A stretch of DNA of 62,299 nt, filler included, from Rhizaria sp. SCN 62-66 (Eukaryota): the NCBI GenBank assembly GCA_001724265.1. It is 5 parts of 5 records of this genome, joined end to end, with 100 filler letters (N's around TTAATTAATTAA, not from the genome) between each part and the next. Parts side by side here need not be neighbours in the genome. Positions count along the whole stretch, not along the records: positions 1 to 8,940 come from MEDY01000578.1; positions 9,041 to 23,745 come from MEDY01000579.1; 3 more parts are not named here. One strand, written 5' to 3'. The stretch's first letter is position 1, and every line of letters begins with the position of its first letter. A model generated the notes under the pieces. It did no database searches. It saw only the letters and a program-made list of their open reading frames with translations, and was not told the DNA's origin. Below, piece by piece: positions 1 to 11,856 of this stretch. A program made the position numbers and the translations under genes.

Positions 1-226
1 CAATGGCGGCGGCGGCGCGGCGGGCGGCTCTGGCCCCGTGGCCGAGGAGGCTCTGGAGCGAGCTGTGTGGCGCGACGGAGAGCACCAGCGCATTGCCACT
101 GCCCACGCGCTGCTGGGGCTTGATATCGGCACCAGCCACTATATTAAGGAGGCAGGGACCGGGGTGGTTGCGCGAGGGTGGGGCGAGGCGGACCCCGTTA
201 CGGGGGCGCTCAGGGCCACTATGTAA
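1..226 (+). CDS. 3' end of a partial gene, unknown product
   Basis: GC-rich open frame (…AEEALERAVWRDGEHQRIATAHALLG…RATM) ends at TAA 224-226, after which GC drops. No motif recognised. Confidence 0.4.
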   Translation, partial: NGGGGAAGGSGPVAEEALERAVWRDGEHQRIATAHALLGLDIGTSHYIKEAGTGVVARGWGEADPVTGALRATM

Positions 227-1332
227 TGCAAGTATGTTCTAGTCATGCTGAATCTGCTTTGGTACATTGCGCTGTGTAAGCTTGGCATGAATGTGTTGTG
301 CCATCACCCAAACAGCGACATGATTGTGTACTCGCTCAGGAACATCATCACAGACATCTCCGCATGGGAAACACTATGTTGAAATGTGTTCTTCGGCTTC
401 CTCATCATGTTGAACTTCAATGATACGATGGAAAAAGCGTATGTGAAGTTTGCTAATTACTAGTCTGAAGATCTTGTTTTGTTGTACGTCTTGATACCTC
501 GAACACGCAAAGCCCGCATTATCACACACCGTCGCTGACGCTCTTGCGACACTCCCGCAACCTTCAGCAGAAACACTAAAAATAGCAAAGACAGCATCAA
601 AGGAAGGTACAGTGCGGTTAACGGTAGAGGTGGGATTGAGCTGTGTCTGCGCGATGGAAAACTCGATGCAAAGCTGTGAACTGTGCAGCCCGTCCACATA
701 TCAAATGTCTATCACTCCACAAATGCTCATCCTGCAATACTGAGGGCGTCAAAAGCAACGCGCGTAAATTATACAGCACTGTGGAGATCTTGATTTAGTG
801 TTTCAGTTTTGGAGTGTAATATATTTTACATTCTTTACCCCTTACGGACAGAAAGTTGTTAAGGCAGGATACGTCATCTCTATCTTAAATGTAAGGATTC
901 TGAGCAATGAGCAATATTAAATGTCTGAGCTTACAGTGTTCAAAAAGTCATATTATTGTATCTGTACTGTACGTAATCCGTAACTCTTGTTAACAAGGGG
1001 ATAACTCATTTGAGATTATTGAGGACATGAAGACAAAGAAAATTCAAGTATAACAGCTGGTTGAGGTTTCAACATGTTTCGTGTTTTGCGTTTTGATCAT
1101 TCCTATTGGCGAGCGCAAAATAGAACAATGTACTAGTACGTGGGAGGTTCCCTTGCATCAGGTAGTCTAAAAGCATAAAATTTTGTTAGGGACATCCAGT
1201 CCGTGAATATGGAAACGGCAGTGACGAGGGTATTCATACAAGCTCGTGGCAGAAGCTTCATCTGATAAATACACCGTTGACTGGATCTGAAACTTGTGTT
1301 TTTTTTTGGCCGTATTTCACTTGTCAACAGCC

Positions 1333-4300
1333 TCAGTTAGCGGTAGCGCGTATGGCGGCAGAGTTGGTGACAAAAGATAATAGCCAATACACATAGTTGC
1401 ACACCTTTTTGACAAAGCCCTGCTTCTTAGCGCCAAAAGCATCATTAAAGTCTGCGAGCTCGCTCTGTGATGGACACACTTGCCCAGAAGGGCTCTGTTC
1501 TTGTAGAATCTTCGGCGGGACGCCACCTTCCTCCTCTTCTTCGCAGACAGCTGCTTGGAAGTGACTCTGCACTGACGCTTCAGCGAGTGTAGGGTCATCC
1601 TGCGTCACACCTAGATTGTTCTGCACGGATAGGGCGGATGGGGATGATGGCGCGGATTGCGCGGCGTTGCGCGTCGGCCATAATAAACAGGTGAACCGAT
1701 TAACATAAACCCAGATGAGAGAACATCCCAGTGCCAAGCCAGTCGTAATCTTGTGTTGAGCAAATAAAATGAAACCACTTACTGCGGACTTAGCGACGCA
1801 CTTGATTTGAGAAGCAGAAACTGTGGGAAGCCATCGAGTGAAGTTGGCGGAGAAAAACTGGACCGGTAACGCAGATTTAACCGCCTCAACGGCACGGGTG
1901 CTCATCTCGATGGCGAAAGCAGGAATTGCAATCCTTCTGCTTACGAAACTGAAGTCGATCCTGACAGGAGCAAGTGCCATGTGGACGATCGTGCTGATGA
2001 TTGCATTACATCCTTGAGACATGATGTGCGTGACCGCCGCCCACAAACAGATTCCGCGCTCAGTCGGGTGACCTTCTTCCTGTAACCAGACAGCAGAAAT
2101 GATGTCGACAACCGGACGAAGAAAAAGCATCGCGAGTATGCCCATCGCGGGCATCCTGCTAACCAGATAGTCGACAATAAACGGGATGGCATTGTACAAG
2201 GAACTTAAAGTCATCGAAGCGTAATGGGACTTAATCGACCAATTTCCAGATAACAGAGCTGGGAGACTTGAGACCAAGGCACCGAATACGAGGCGTCCCG
2301 CAGTGATAGATAGGTAGTGCGCAGGAAAGACTGAGATCAGCAAAAAAGCAGAGTGATGCACATACTTATCGACGCCCACAAGACCAGTGCACACAGCTGT
2401 GAGGAAATACGACAGATCATCAACACCCTCTTTCACACCATCGTGTTTTGAACATGGTGTTGAGGACGGTGGTAAAGGCGGTGCTGGGGACAGAGACGTA
2501 GATGCCGGTGAAAGCAGTGTGAAAGGCGGCGATGTCGAGGAGGCATTGTTCTTGGTTCCAAGAAGCCACTCCATTACTTGTGCGAATTGACTGTCAAGGC
2601 CAAGCTTGTTCCAAATGTACTCAGCCGCCCACCAACCTCCGGAACTTATCAAGGCGGCTGCACCCGGCGCCAACGTTGTGCTGCTCGATGACTCAACTTG
2701 CACACCGTCGATCTCTACTTTGTGGTAGCGCTCGTGCCAGACCCAGCCAAGGCAAGAGTGATCAGTTGACCTGATGTGATGGCTCTCTTCATTTGAGCGC
2801 TCGGGTGTGGATGCAATCGGGCCTGTTGGCTGATTGTTCTCATCAAGCCCCACTTTAGTCGTCGCATTAAACGACACAACATTCTGCGAAAGAGAATTGT
2901 TGACTTGAAGTCCGTTTGAAAAAGAAAAATCACAACTCATTAGATTGTTCTCATTAACCTGTGTACACGCCTCGTGCAGATATGCGGCCTTGGCTGAGCC
3001 ATCTGCAACTCGAATCACAAATGTCGCAGCATGAACTTTTGTGACGCCGACGTCGGCCAAGGAGCTCCCTTTTACTGCCACCACAGTGTGGACATTAATA
3101 TGAGCGATCTGGTCTGTTGGGGTCAGCTCAAGTTCAGTCCCCTCATGCTGCTTTGCGTCGCACAAAAGCTCCTTATGTACTTGTGACGAAGAGGCGGAAA
3201 AATCAACGTTGTTCTTGTAACGACCCAACATGTACGGGCTATTCAATTCGCACTTTTGCCCTTCTTGCGTCAGGAGTGCAGAGCCATATGCCGTAGTTTT
3301 GGAAGAGATTGATTCCAGCGAGCCACTGTTGAATGTGTCATGTTGAGACATAACCTGCGTCACAAGCTTCGCAATACCAGAGGTAGCATTAAACGTGCTC
3401 CCATCAGCAAGTTGCATGGTTATCGCGCCAAGAGGTGTTGTGGGCGCGTTAGGATCAACAGTTACAATAACGGTCAGCTTTTCTTTGGCGTCCAGAGTCA
3501 TGTTGACGGGGATGTCGTCCACAATGTCATATTCTGCAGTTGAACGAATGTGAACAGTTGTTGTTTCCTTCTTGCCTTCGCTAAGCTCAGCCGTGTTCAC
3601 AGAGGTCGAATCCACAACACCCACACCAGTCGCTGTGGAAACACTGGAGATTACACTCCCACCCGCGTTTAAACTGTTTGCGGTCGTTTTTACGTTGATT
3701 TGCTCGCTGAGAGTCGAAGAACAGTTAGAATGGGCGCCAGTTGGGGTGTCAATATGCCTTAGGCCCAGGTCAATCTCTCGCAGAACCTTGCCGTCCTCGC
3801 GATAGACCTGCGTCACGCTGCATGTGTTGGCCCCAAGGTAGATGAACCCGCGTGCTTCGCTGCCGTTCTCGCGGTGATACGCGTGCAATGCCTCGGTGGT
3901 CACATGATTCGCAGAAACGATGCCATCGTGCTCTGAACGGGAAGTTGCCTCGGAGATTGTACTCGAGCGACCAGCAATATAGATGTAACGACCACCCTAT
4001 GGCCGAATGAATGGGGCAGGAAGGAGAAAAATGACAGGGATACAGCAAATTTAGTCTTCATGGGAACAAGGAACAACAAAGCAATGCAATGTCAAGCAGA
4101 GACAACCGCCATGATGCAAAGAGTTAATGCAGGACGCAAGGAGCTGTACGTACCCACTGTAACGCCTCCTCCCCCGTCACGGTTAGCTCTGACATATCAT
4201 ACTCAAACCTTGCAGAGCCATCGTCAAGCTGGACATGTTGAGCTCGGAGCCAACGTCCATCAGCACGGGCACAAACCTGCACATCTGTGCGTCGATTATC

Positions 4301-7300
4301 CTGAGCAATCACCGTTGCCACCGGTCCCCAGAAGTTTAAGTTCTCTTCTTTGCTCAGCGTGTGGGTGACTAGCTGGCTCTGGCGAAAATAGACGTATTCG
4401 CCTTCAACAGAGTACAATCCTTGCGTGCGAATAGTCTCAGTCGTTTGAAAATTATCAACCTGAAGGATGTCAGTGGCATTCTTTCGGAACCATCCCTTCC
4501 TGATACGGTACGTCACATCGCTGTGCGTTAGAACTTTATTGCTAGTGTGGCATGGCATCATTTGTGCAGAGGCAACAAGCTGTCCCATCTCAGGAGGGGG
4601 TGCTGCTAGTGGCACGAACGAGTCTCCTTGACGGCGGGACGCGAGGAAATCGCACTGTACCTGGTTCAGACTCAATCCTGGGACGACTGCGACTGAAATA
4701 GGGACGGCCAGAGTCGTAGTGAGTTTTCCCACGACAGTGTTACGATATGGCGCACCGGAACCGCCATTATAAAGGCGGTCACCTCCACTCGCTGTGATCT
4801 GTCCACCAAGTTTGTTGTACCATTTGATCGCCGTCATCTGGTTACCGTTAATGTCAGTCCACAAATAAGGGTCGGAGATGCCGCGCCGACCGCCGAAGGC
4901 AACGGAGGCATCAATGGGACCGATAGAAATACCGATAAAAACGTTTTTTCCCTGTTCATTAACCGTGAAAACACCTATCAGCAGCGTTCCAGTCGAATAA
5001 ATGAATAAACCGTGATGAGATATCTGGAAAGCAATACGCATGTCAAACAAAGCAAAGTGCAGATATAAAACAAAAGAACAAGAAAGAAAATAGATGCTTG
5101 ATATCAAACGTACCAGAGCAAAATCGAATATTTGTTGACCTGCCACCGAGACTCGCGGAGACCAAAGGAAAAACAACTACGCTTGCCTGAGCAGTGGCCA
5201 CTCTCGCAAACACAATGGGTTGGTTGAAAAGGCCCGCACGGTAGAGTTGCGTTCCCCATGAGACTGAGGCAGAGATGGTACTTGCAAGAATGCGACTCGC
5301 AATATTAGACACCACATACGAAGCGACTCGCTGAGCAGCGCTGTGAGCAGCGGCACGGACATCGCCTTGGAGCAAAGCAAACGCACCGTCAACGCAAGCG
5401 TCTGTTGCAGCACTCCCGAGTCCAGATGAAAGCACAGAGGTGCTTTTTAGCCACGAAATCATCGTTTCACGAGCAATGACGTTGACAACCACTGATTTAG
5501 CAGCATTAAGCACGCTCACGCGACCATCAGCTGTAGAGATTATGTTGGAAAGGATCGTCGCTCCTCCTTGAACAGCACCATTCCAGAGCTGGTTGGTGAG
5601 GTGAGGACTCAGCTTGACTTCGACATTCGGAGAGGAAAGACCCCCACGGGACCCAATTGTGCGTGTGGTTGTAATATCGAGAAAAGGTGTGCTAGTAATC
5701 TCAGTCTTGCGTGTGTGAAGCGATGCAGCTGAGTTTGCTACAATGTCATTCAGTGACGAGCCTGAAGCACCAGAAGCAGACACATTGGTGACTGTGTCTG
5801 TCCGTCGCCTGTGAAACAAGGAATAGACGCTGGCGGTCATTCTTTGCTGCAGCTCAGCTTCCATTGTGCCTTGACTGCTTACACTCGTAGACATAATGCC
5901 AGTGTCTACGTCGAAAGCATCAGTTTGTGTGCGCGTGCCACGCTCCACAGTAACTCCGCCAAACGCCTCGGCATAGTTGAACCCGAAAATTGGAATGTAC
6001 TCCATATCGTTCGCCTGCTCAGCAACATGACGGGCGCCAGCAGTAGAATAGGTCGGAATAACACCATCAAGTAAGCGAGGTCGGGCAGCTGCAGCGACAG
6101 GATCAGTCGTCGAGTAAAACCCGCGATGCGATGTCACCTCCGTGTAGCGTCCTTGCCAGTCACACGAAAAACGGTTTGGCAATAACAGTCCGCGACGATC
6201 GCCCCAGTACACCCCTCTTCTCTCGACGTTGAGTCCGTGACGATCAACACCATTGGCTTGGTACGTTTGATAGAAGCGCTCTTGCGTTGCCACGGACCAC
6301 TCTTGGGAAGCGTCGCTGAGCAGCGCCGGGAAAGAAGGTAGTTGAGATGGAGGAGCGGTCACAACAGCAGCCATGCTTGCCACAGTGACGTTGGGCATTG
6401 GAATCGGCGGCGAATGGGAGGGGTCAATCAGCCCGTGCGCGTGAAAAGTGCCAGTGGCAGTGGTGCGAAAGAGAGTTGTTAGACCCTCACGGCCCGTCAT
6501 ATAAGCAGATTCAATCGAAGACACCGCTCCGTTGAGCAACAAAACTGAAGGTGATCCATCTGAATTTTGGTAGATACTTTGGTTTCCGACGCGAAAGTGA
6601 GAATGCGTGTTCAACGCTCCCTCCGTGCCGGTGTTGACGCCAGAAACTTGTACGACTTGAGAGAGGGAGTGCATGCTGAGCGCGCCACCAGGAGCAGCAT
6701 CAGCGTGCGTCACAAGACCGACATTTGAGTTAAATACCCCCATGAGCACAGATACAGCACTGCCATCCCGGTGCGTGTGCCTCGCCTGTGCATCCGCTTC
6801 ATAAACTCCAGGAGCACGGGACGCAGCACTATCAAAGTTGCCCGTCGCAACTGGTTTGGTTGTGCTTCGAGTCACAGAAGCAGAACCACCAATCCATGTT
6901 GCGAGATAAACATCCGACTACGACCTAGCGCCAGCAACGCCCGTAACTCTCTCAGCGAGGGTGGCGCCAGGTGGAAGCGACAAGGAGGGGTGGCGGGGAT
7001 GACGCTGTTGTTCAGAGCTACAGTCGCGTGACCAGAAACGGGAGCGCATGGGGCGAAGACTGCCAGTGGTATTAGCTTGATCTCTGCGCAGGACAGCCTC
7101 GGCTGCCCTCTGTCGCAGTTGTGGGACGCGAAGCGAAGTCTCAGTCTGTAACCTGTTGACATCAAAATTGGACGTGGCTACGTGCAAGACGTGAGGGTTG
7201 GACAATCCAAGCCGCCTGAGTGCCGCCACGTCTTGCGTCGCGTCCATCGCTGAAGTACGACGGAGAGTGAAGACAGGGCCGCTCATGCTCTCCAGGGTGG

Positions 7301-8114
7301 TGGAAGATGAGTAGTTGCGGAGAGAAGAACGACAAGAAGGGAATCCTGACATATTATATTCGGTCATTGATTTGTGAAGAGGAAACACGTTAATTCTGTT
7401 TCCGATGCCTTGAAAGACAAACTGTCCATTTGTGACCGCGCGTTCAGAGGTGGAGATAACGAATCTTCCCCGTCTTGCTTGAGATTGACTCGACTCTTCG
7501 TATGAGCCAGCTCCAGCTCCTGCCAGAAACGATTTCATAAAGGAAAATGTCACTGAAAGCCCCTGGGCCTGCGCATCCGTCGCTGTCGACGAAAGAAGAT
7601 AGGCTGAGCTTGGTGCGACGGTGTTGATACCAGCATACTCCACCCCGACTGTCCAGTTCGGGTCGGGATTGGTGGCCAGGTAGTTATAGGGATTTTTTTG
7701 GCGATCCATCGAGAAAAGCATGCCTCGACCAGAGAAAGACCCGTTAACGTAGTCAACGGCGCGTGGGACGACAAGATGGGAGTCTACGACGAATGGGAGG
7801 CCGTATCGTTGAGCGGAAACGGTGAGTGCAAAAGAAAGTCCTTTGTCAAACAAATGAGGATCACTGCGAGCAAAGTCAGTAGCAGCCCTATAGGCGTGAC
7901 GTAGCGCATGAAGCTGCTGAGTCTTGCCTGACATATGTGCAGCGAAGTCGAGTGCCATGGTGTTTCGTTGAGTGTCAAGAGAGTGGCGAAGGTGGTCGTT
8001 GATGTCACCATGCTCAGCCAGGGGGTCATATCGCCTACTCGCGTAGTAGTCGATGGTTCCATCAACGATAACTGGGGTCAAGACGCGGTTGACGCCATCC
8101 ACCAGGGAGTTCAT
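1333..8114 (-). CDS. Giant orphan protein (~2,170 aa), 2 introns, one in-frame TAG; Ser/Thr-rich regions plus hydrophobic helical blocks
   Basis: ORFs 6918-8114 and 5043-6875 share a frame and are separated only by TAG 6918-6920. Introns GTACGT..CAG 5113-5024 and GTACGT..TAG 4153-3997; the second joins …EALQW|GGRYIYIAG… in phase into ORF 1333-3903. One unexplained frameshift near 5115-5180. Ends TGA. Confidence 0.65.
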
Positions 8115-8591
8115 GTGAAAAATGACTCGACAATTGTAAGTGGCGACGTCGACACTACGAGAGAAGAAAAAGCGGCAAATTTCGCAAGATATAACAGTTT
8201 CCTTGTCAGATCAATGGCTATTCGTATGTTGAAAACGGAGTTAAAATGCGAGTATGCATCAGAATCAGCCATAATTCATGTCAAAAGCAGGAAATTGAAG
8301 TAGATATTAAATGACACATCGCTGCAAGGAGACTGCCTCTGACAATGGGAAAAACAGCAGCCCCGGGATAGAGTATTCACAATTGGTGGGTCATATAAGT
8401 GGAATGTAAAATGCAAATCCTCAACATATAATACTAATATTTGGGCATTCGCTCATGGATCAAGCCAATTACCAATCGGTCCCATCTTAGTTGGCAACGC
8501 GGTCTGCATCTGCATACTGGGAGCTGACCCTTAGAGCCAGTTTGGATTCTTAGACTGTCTTCACTGAGTGCCTGGCAAGCAGCTGGACCGA

Positions 8592-8771
8592 TAACACGGG
8601 GGTCGCGAATTGGGCCGATTGCTGTTATTGACGAAATCTTGATGGATATGTCGTAAAACTATGTTTGAGTTAGTGCACAACATTTTAGCTGCTAATACAC
8701 ACATTATACTATACTGTCTTATTTTGAGGACGTTAGTATGCGGAGATCTGATCAATTTGGCTGTTTTCCCA
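8592..8771. repeat. Dispersed ~180-bp repeat, copy 1 (probable transposon end)
   Basis: Highly similar reverse complement of 23846-24025, e.g. ttttgaggacgttagtatgcggagatctgatcaattt. Both copies lie near contig ends. Confidence 0.85.
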
Positions 8772-8940
8772 GTCACTTTTTCACTGTGGTCGTCGGTCAA
8801 AAAACGGATTTGCCCACCAATTTGCAGTCAAACTAGGTGCGCTTTGGAGGAAGATCTAACCGTATCAAGACCGTTAAGTTCGTGTATGCTTGGGTGTGTG
8901 GTTTGTTGGATGGGTTTTATGTTTCGATTTTTATTTTTAT

Positions 8941-9040
8941 NNNNNNNNNNNNNNNNNNNNNNNNNNNNNNNNNNNNNNNNNNNNTTAATTAATTAANNNN
9001 NNNNNNNNNNNNNNNNNNNNNNNNNNNNNNNNNNNNNNNN
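8941..9040. other. Artificial contig spacer
   Basis: 44 N + TTAATTAATTAA (stops in six frames) + 44 N. Confidence 0.99.
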
Positions 9041-10029
9041 TTATTTGACGGAAGTTTGACAAAGTTGTATGGCTATTTCAAACTGCCCCTTCCAGGCGCG
9101 TTTTTGCGTTTTCCATAAACCTCTACATCAGGGGTATATCATATTCGTGCGTATTTTGAGTCCAATGGGCTTGAATGAACTACCTGCCCCCCACCAAGAA
9201 CCGAAAATTCCCCCGATAAAATTCCATTTTACAAACTGAAAACAACATGCTCCCTCTAACTGGTTGCACTTAAAGATCCCTCAGACTCAAATAACAAAGA
9301 GCAGAGGCGAAAACTTTGAAAAGATAGTTTACGATGGATAAAGAAGACTTCTGAAAAATAAACATGCATTTTTAAATGTTAAATTTAAGCTTGTTCAATT
9401 TATTAAGGAGTTACTATTTAAAATGTTGATACAGCGCATACACGTGAAACAAATATAGGTTTTTTTCACGCATCAACTGTTAAGTGCTCAGAAAGGTACA
9501 GACTGTCAGCTCGTGGGGTCGCTTCAGCTGCCGTGCACACTGTGTGCGTGTGTGCACAGCGCAGCCTAAGGGGCTCTCACCCCGCGCTCCCCGTCGCGCC
9601 GCGCCCATCGCCCGCCCGCAGCACCGGGGCTGGTCGGCACGGATCCAAATTTCATGAAATTCACATTATATCACATGAAACGCCCGCGCCGCCGCCTACA
9701 AGGGCTCTCAACGCCCCCCGCTCATCCCTCCGAGTCTCTCTAGCCCATTATCATCGTTAAAGCTCGCCAGTGCGTGGCTTGGCGCTCGCGCCGCGGGGTG
9801 TGAGCTCCACGGGCTCCTGCGCCCGCGCGCGTGCGCTGCCACTGCCGCTGCTGCTGCTGTTGTTGTTGATCGAAGACGAGGACGAGGAGGAAGGAAAGGA
9901 CGGGGAAGCAAAGGTAGAGCCGCCGTAGACGGCGGACGGGGCTGCATCCACGCGCCAGCCCGCGGTGGCGGGCGAGGCGACGCGCGCGCGCGCGGCGGAG
10001 TGCGCCGCGGCATCCCCCGGCGCGTCGCG

Positions 10030-11271
10030 TCAGAGTGCGTGGCCGTGACCGTTGGCGCCGTCATCCGACTCGCGGTACAGCCCCGTTTCGCGGAGATCGA
10101 GCAGCGCGGCGTTGAGGTCGTTGACGGCCGACGACTGCTGGTGCGGGTCGAGACGCATCTGGTCGCGGACGTCGGAGAAGTCCTCCGTCTCCTCGTACTT
10201 GACCTTGGCGTAGTGCGAGCGCAGCGGCATGGCGTAGAGCATGCACATCTCAACCAGCAGCGCGGCGATCGACAGCAGACCCATGGCCGACACCATTTGC
10301 ACCAGCAGCGTCTGGAAGTCGAACTTGGTCAGTGTGCCCGTCACGATGAAGATGAGCTTCGGGCCGGCACGCTTCAGGGTCTGACGCTTGTTAGAGTCGC
10401 CGCCGCGATCCCAGCGCGCCTCGAAGAGCTTGTAGTCCGCGCCCTCAATCTGCTGCACCTGGTACTGGTATTTGATGGCGCCGTTGGACGGGTTCTCGTA
10501 GTTGACGAGGACCATGACGACGATGCCTGAGTACAGCTCAGAGTTCTTGGGGTCCCACGAGGGACGCGACAGGTCGACGTTGGCGGCGTTGAGCATCTCG
10601 CCCACGGTCAGGATGTCGGGCGTGTCGTCGTACGTCGGTTTCCACGTGCGCACAACGTTGCCCTTGGTGTCGAGCAGGTCGCCGATGAAAGCGTTAGAAG
10701 AGCCGGCGAAGCGGTGGTCGCCGCCGCGCGCGAACACGGGCGTGTGGAACGAGTGCTTGAAGCCCAGAGTGAAGTTGTTCACGCCGGCCAGGAAGTACGT
10801 CGTGGGGGGCTCGTCATCCTCCCAGGGGATCAGACACTCGTTCTCGTCGGAACCGCACTTCTTGGTCTGCTCGCTGACGGCGACGCGCGTGGTGAGGAAG
10901 ATGCCGTTGACTTCTTCGAGAGGGAAGCGCACGCCGTGCTCGTCCCACGTCTGGCACGAGATGTTGGCCTCGGCGGGGAAATCCCAGGGCTGCGTGTTGG
11001 TCAGACAGAAGATTTCCTTGCTGGGCACCGTCGTTTGTTCGGCTTGCTTGACCTGCTTCATGAGCGACACACGTACAGTGCCAACGGGCACGTCCGAAAT
11101 GTTGTATCCTTCGTCGATGTAGAGCACCTTGATCAGGATATAGCACGCGACCATCACCAGCAGAACGAAACGCAGCAGACCGAGGTAGCGGTCCTTCACA
11201 CGCACAATCTTGGGCGTGTTGTACGCGAACACGCTGTCCGGGTCGATGTTGCGGAGACACCGGCAACACAT
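10030..11271 (-). CDS. P2X-family ATP-gated ion channel-like protein (413 aa)
   Basis: N-terminal FAYNTPKIVRVKDRYLG (YxTxK motif) then TM1, Cys-containing ectodomain with FLTTRV and NFTLGFKHS, RQTLKRAGPKLIFIVTGTLTKFDF before TM2. Ends TGA. Likely start ATG 11271. Confidence 0.9.
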   Translation of the reverse strand: MCCRCLRNIDPDSVFAYNTPKIVRVKDRYLGLLRFVLLVMVACYILIKVLYIDEGYNISDVPVGTVRVSLMKQVKQAEQTTVPSKEIFCLTNTQPWDFPAEANISCQTWDEHGVRFPLEEVNGIFLTTRVAVSEQTKKCGSDENECLIPWEDDEPPTTYFLAGVNNFTLGFKHSFHTPVFARGGDHRFAGSSNAFIGDLLDTKGNVVRTWKPTYDDTPDILTVGEMLNAANVDLSRPSWDPKNSELYSGIVVMVLVNYENPSNGAIKYQYQVQQIEGADYKLFEARWDRGGDSNKRQTLKRAGPKLIFIVTGTLTKFDFQTLLVQMVSAMGLLSIAALLVEMCMLYAMPLRSHYAKVKYEETEDFSDVRDQMRLDPHQQSSAVNDLNAALLDLRETGLYRESDDGANGHGHAL

Positions 11272-11856
11272 TTTGACCCGTGCCTGCTTTCGATCAAAAG
11301 GAGATGCGCCAGGCGCAGTAGAACGAGTGTAAGAGACATGTAATTGGCAAGACAAAAAGAAAAGAACCTTTTCTATCTCTATTCAAATAACAAACGGCAT
11401 TTCTGCGAAGGGGCATGACACGCAATTCGAGATAGAATCGGCGCACAAAGCGACGTGGAACCTCAACTCTCAAGGAGAGGGCGCGCCAAGGAGGGTTGCT
11501 AGTCAAATCTTCGCACAGCACGCCGACACGCGGCGCTACTCAGGTTTTCATACGATAAAACTATGTATTCATGAAATAATATAGGATAGCTAATACCAAA
11601 ACAATATTATTATTCGAATTAAAGCAACATATCCCGGCCAACGACTCGAGTTCGTCAAGTCCGTCATACAACAATCAGTCTCTGGAAGCCACGTCAAGGG
11701 CCTCGACAGCATACGCATCTGCTCTTAACGAGTCAGGGCTATCATAAAACGTGCAAGTGCGTCCTGCAAGCGAGATATCATGGGGACGGTCCCACTGCGC
11801 CTCGTCTTCCTCTGGCTCGACACTCCACATTGCTGTCTGACTCACATTCGCAGCGC

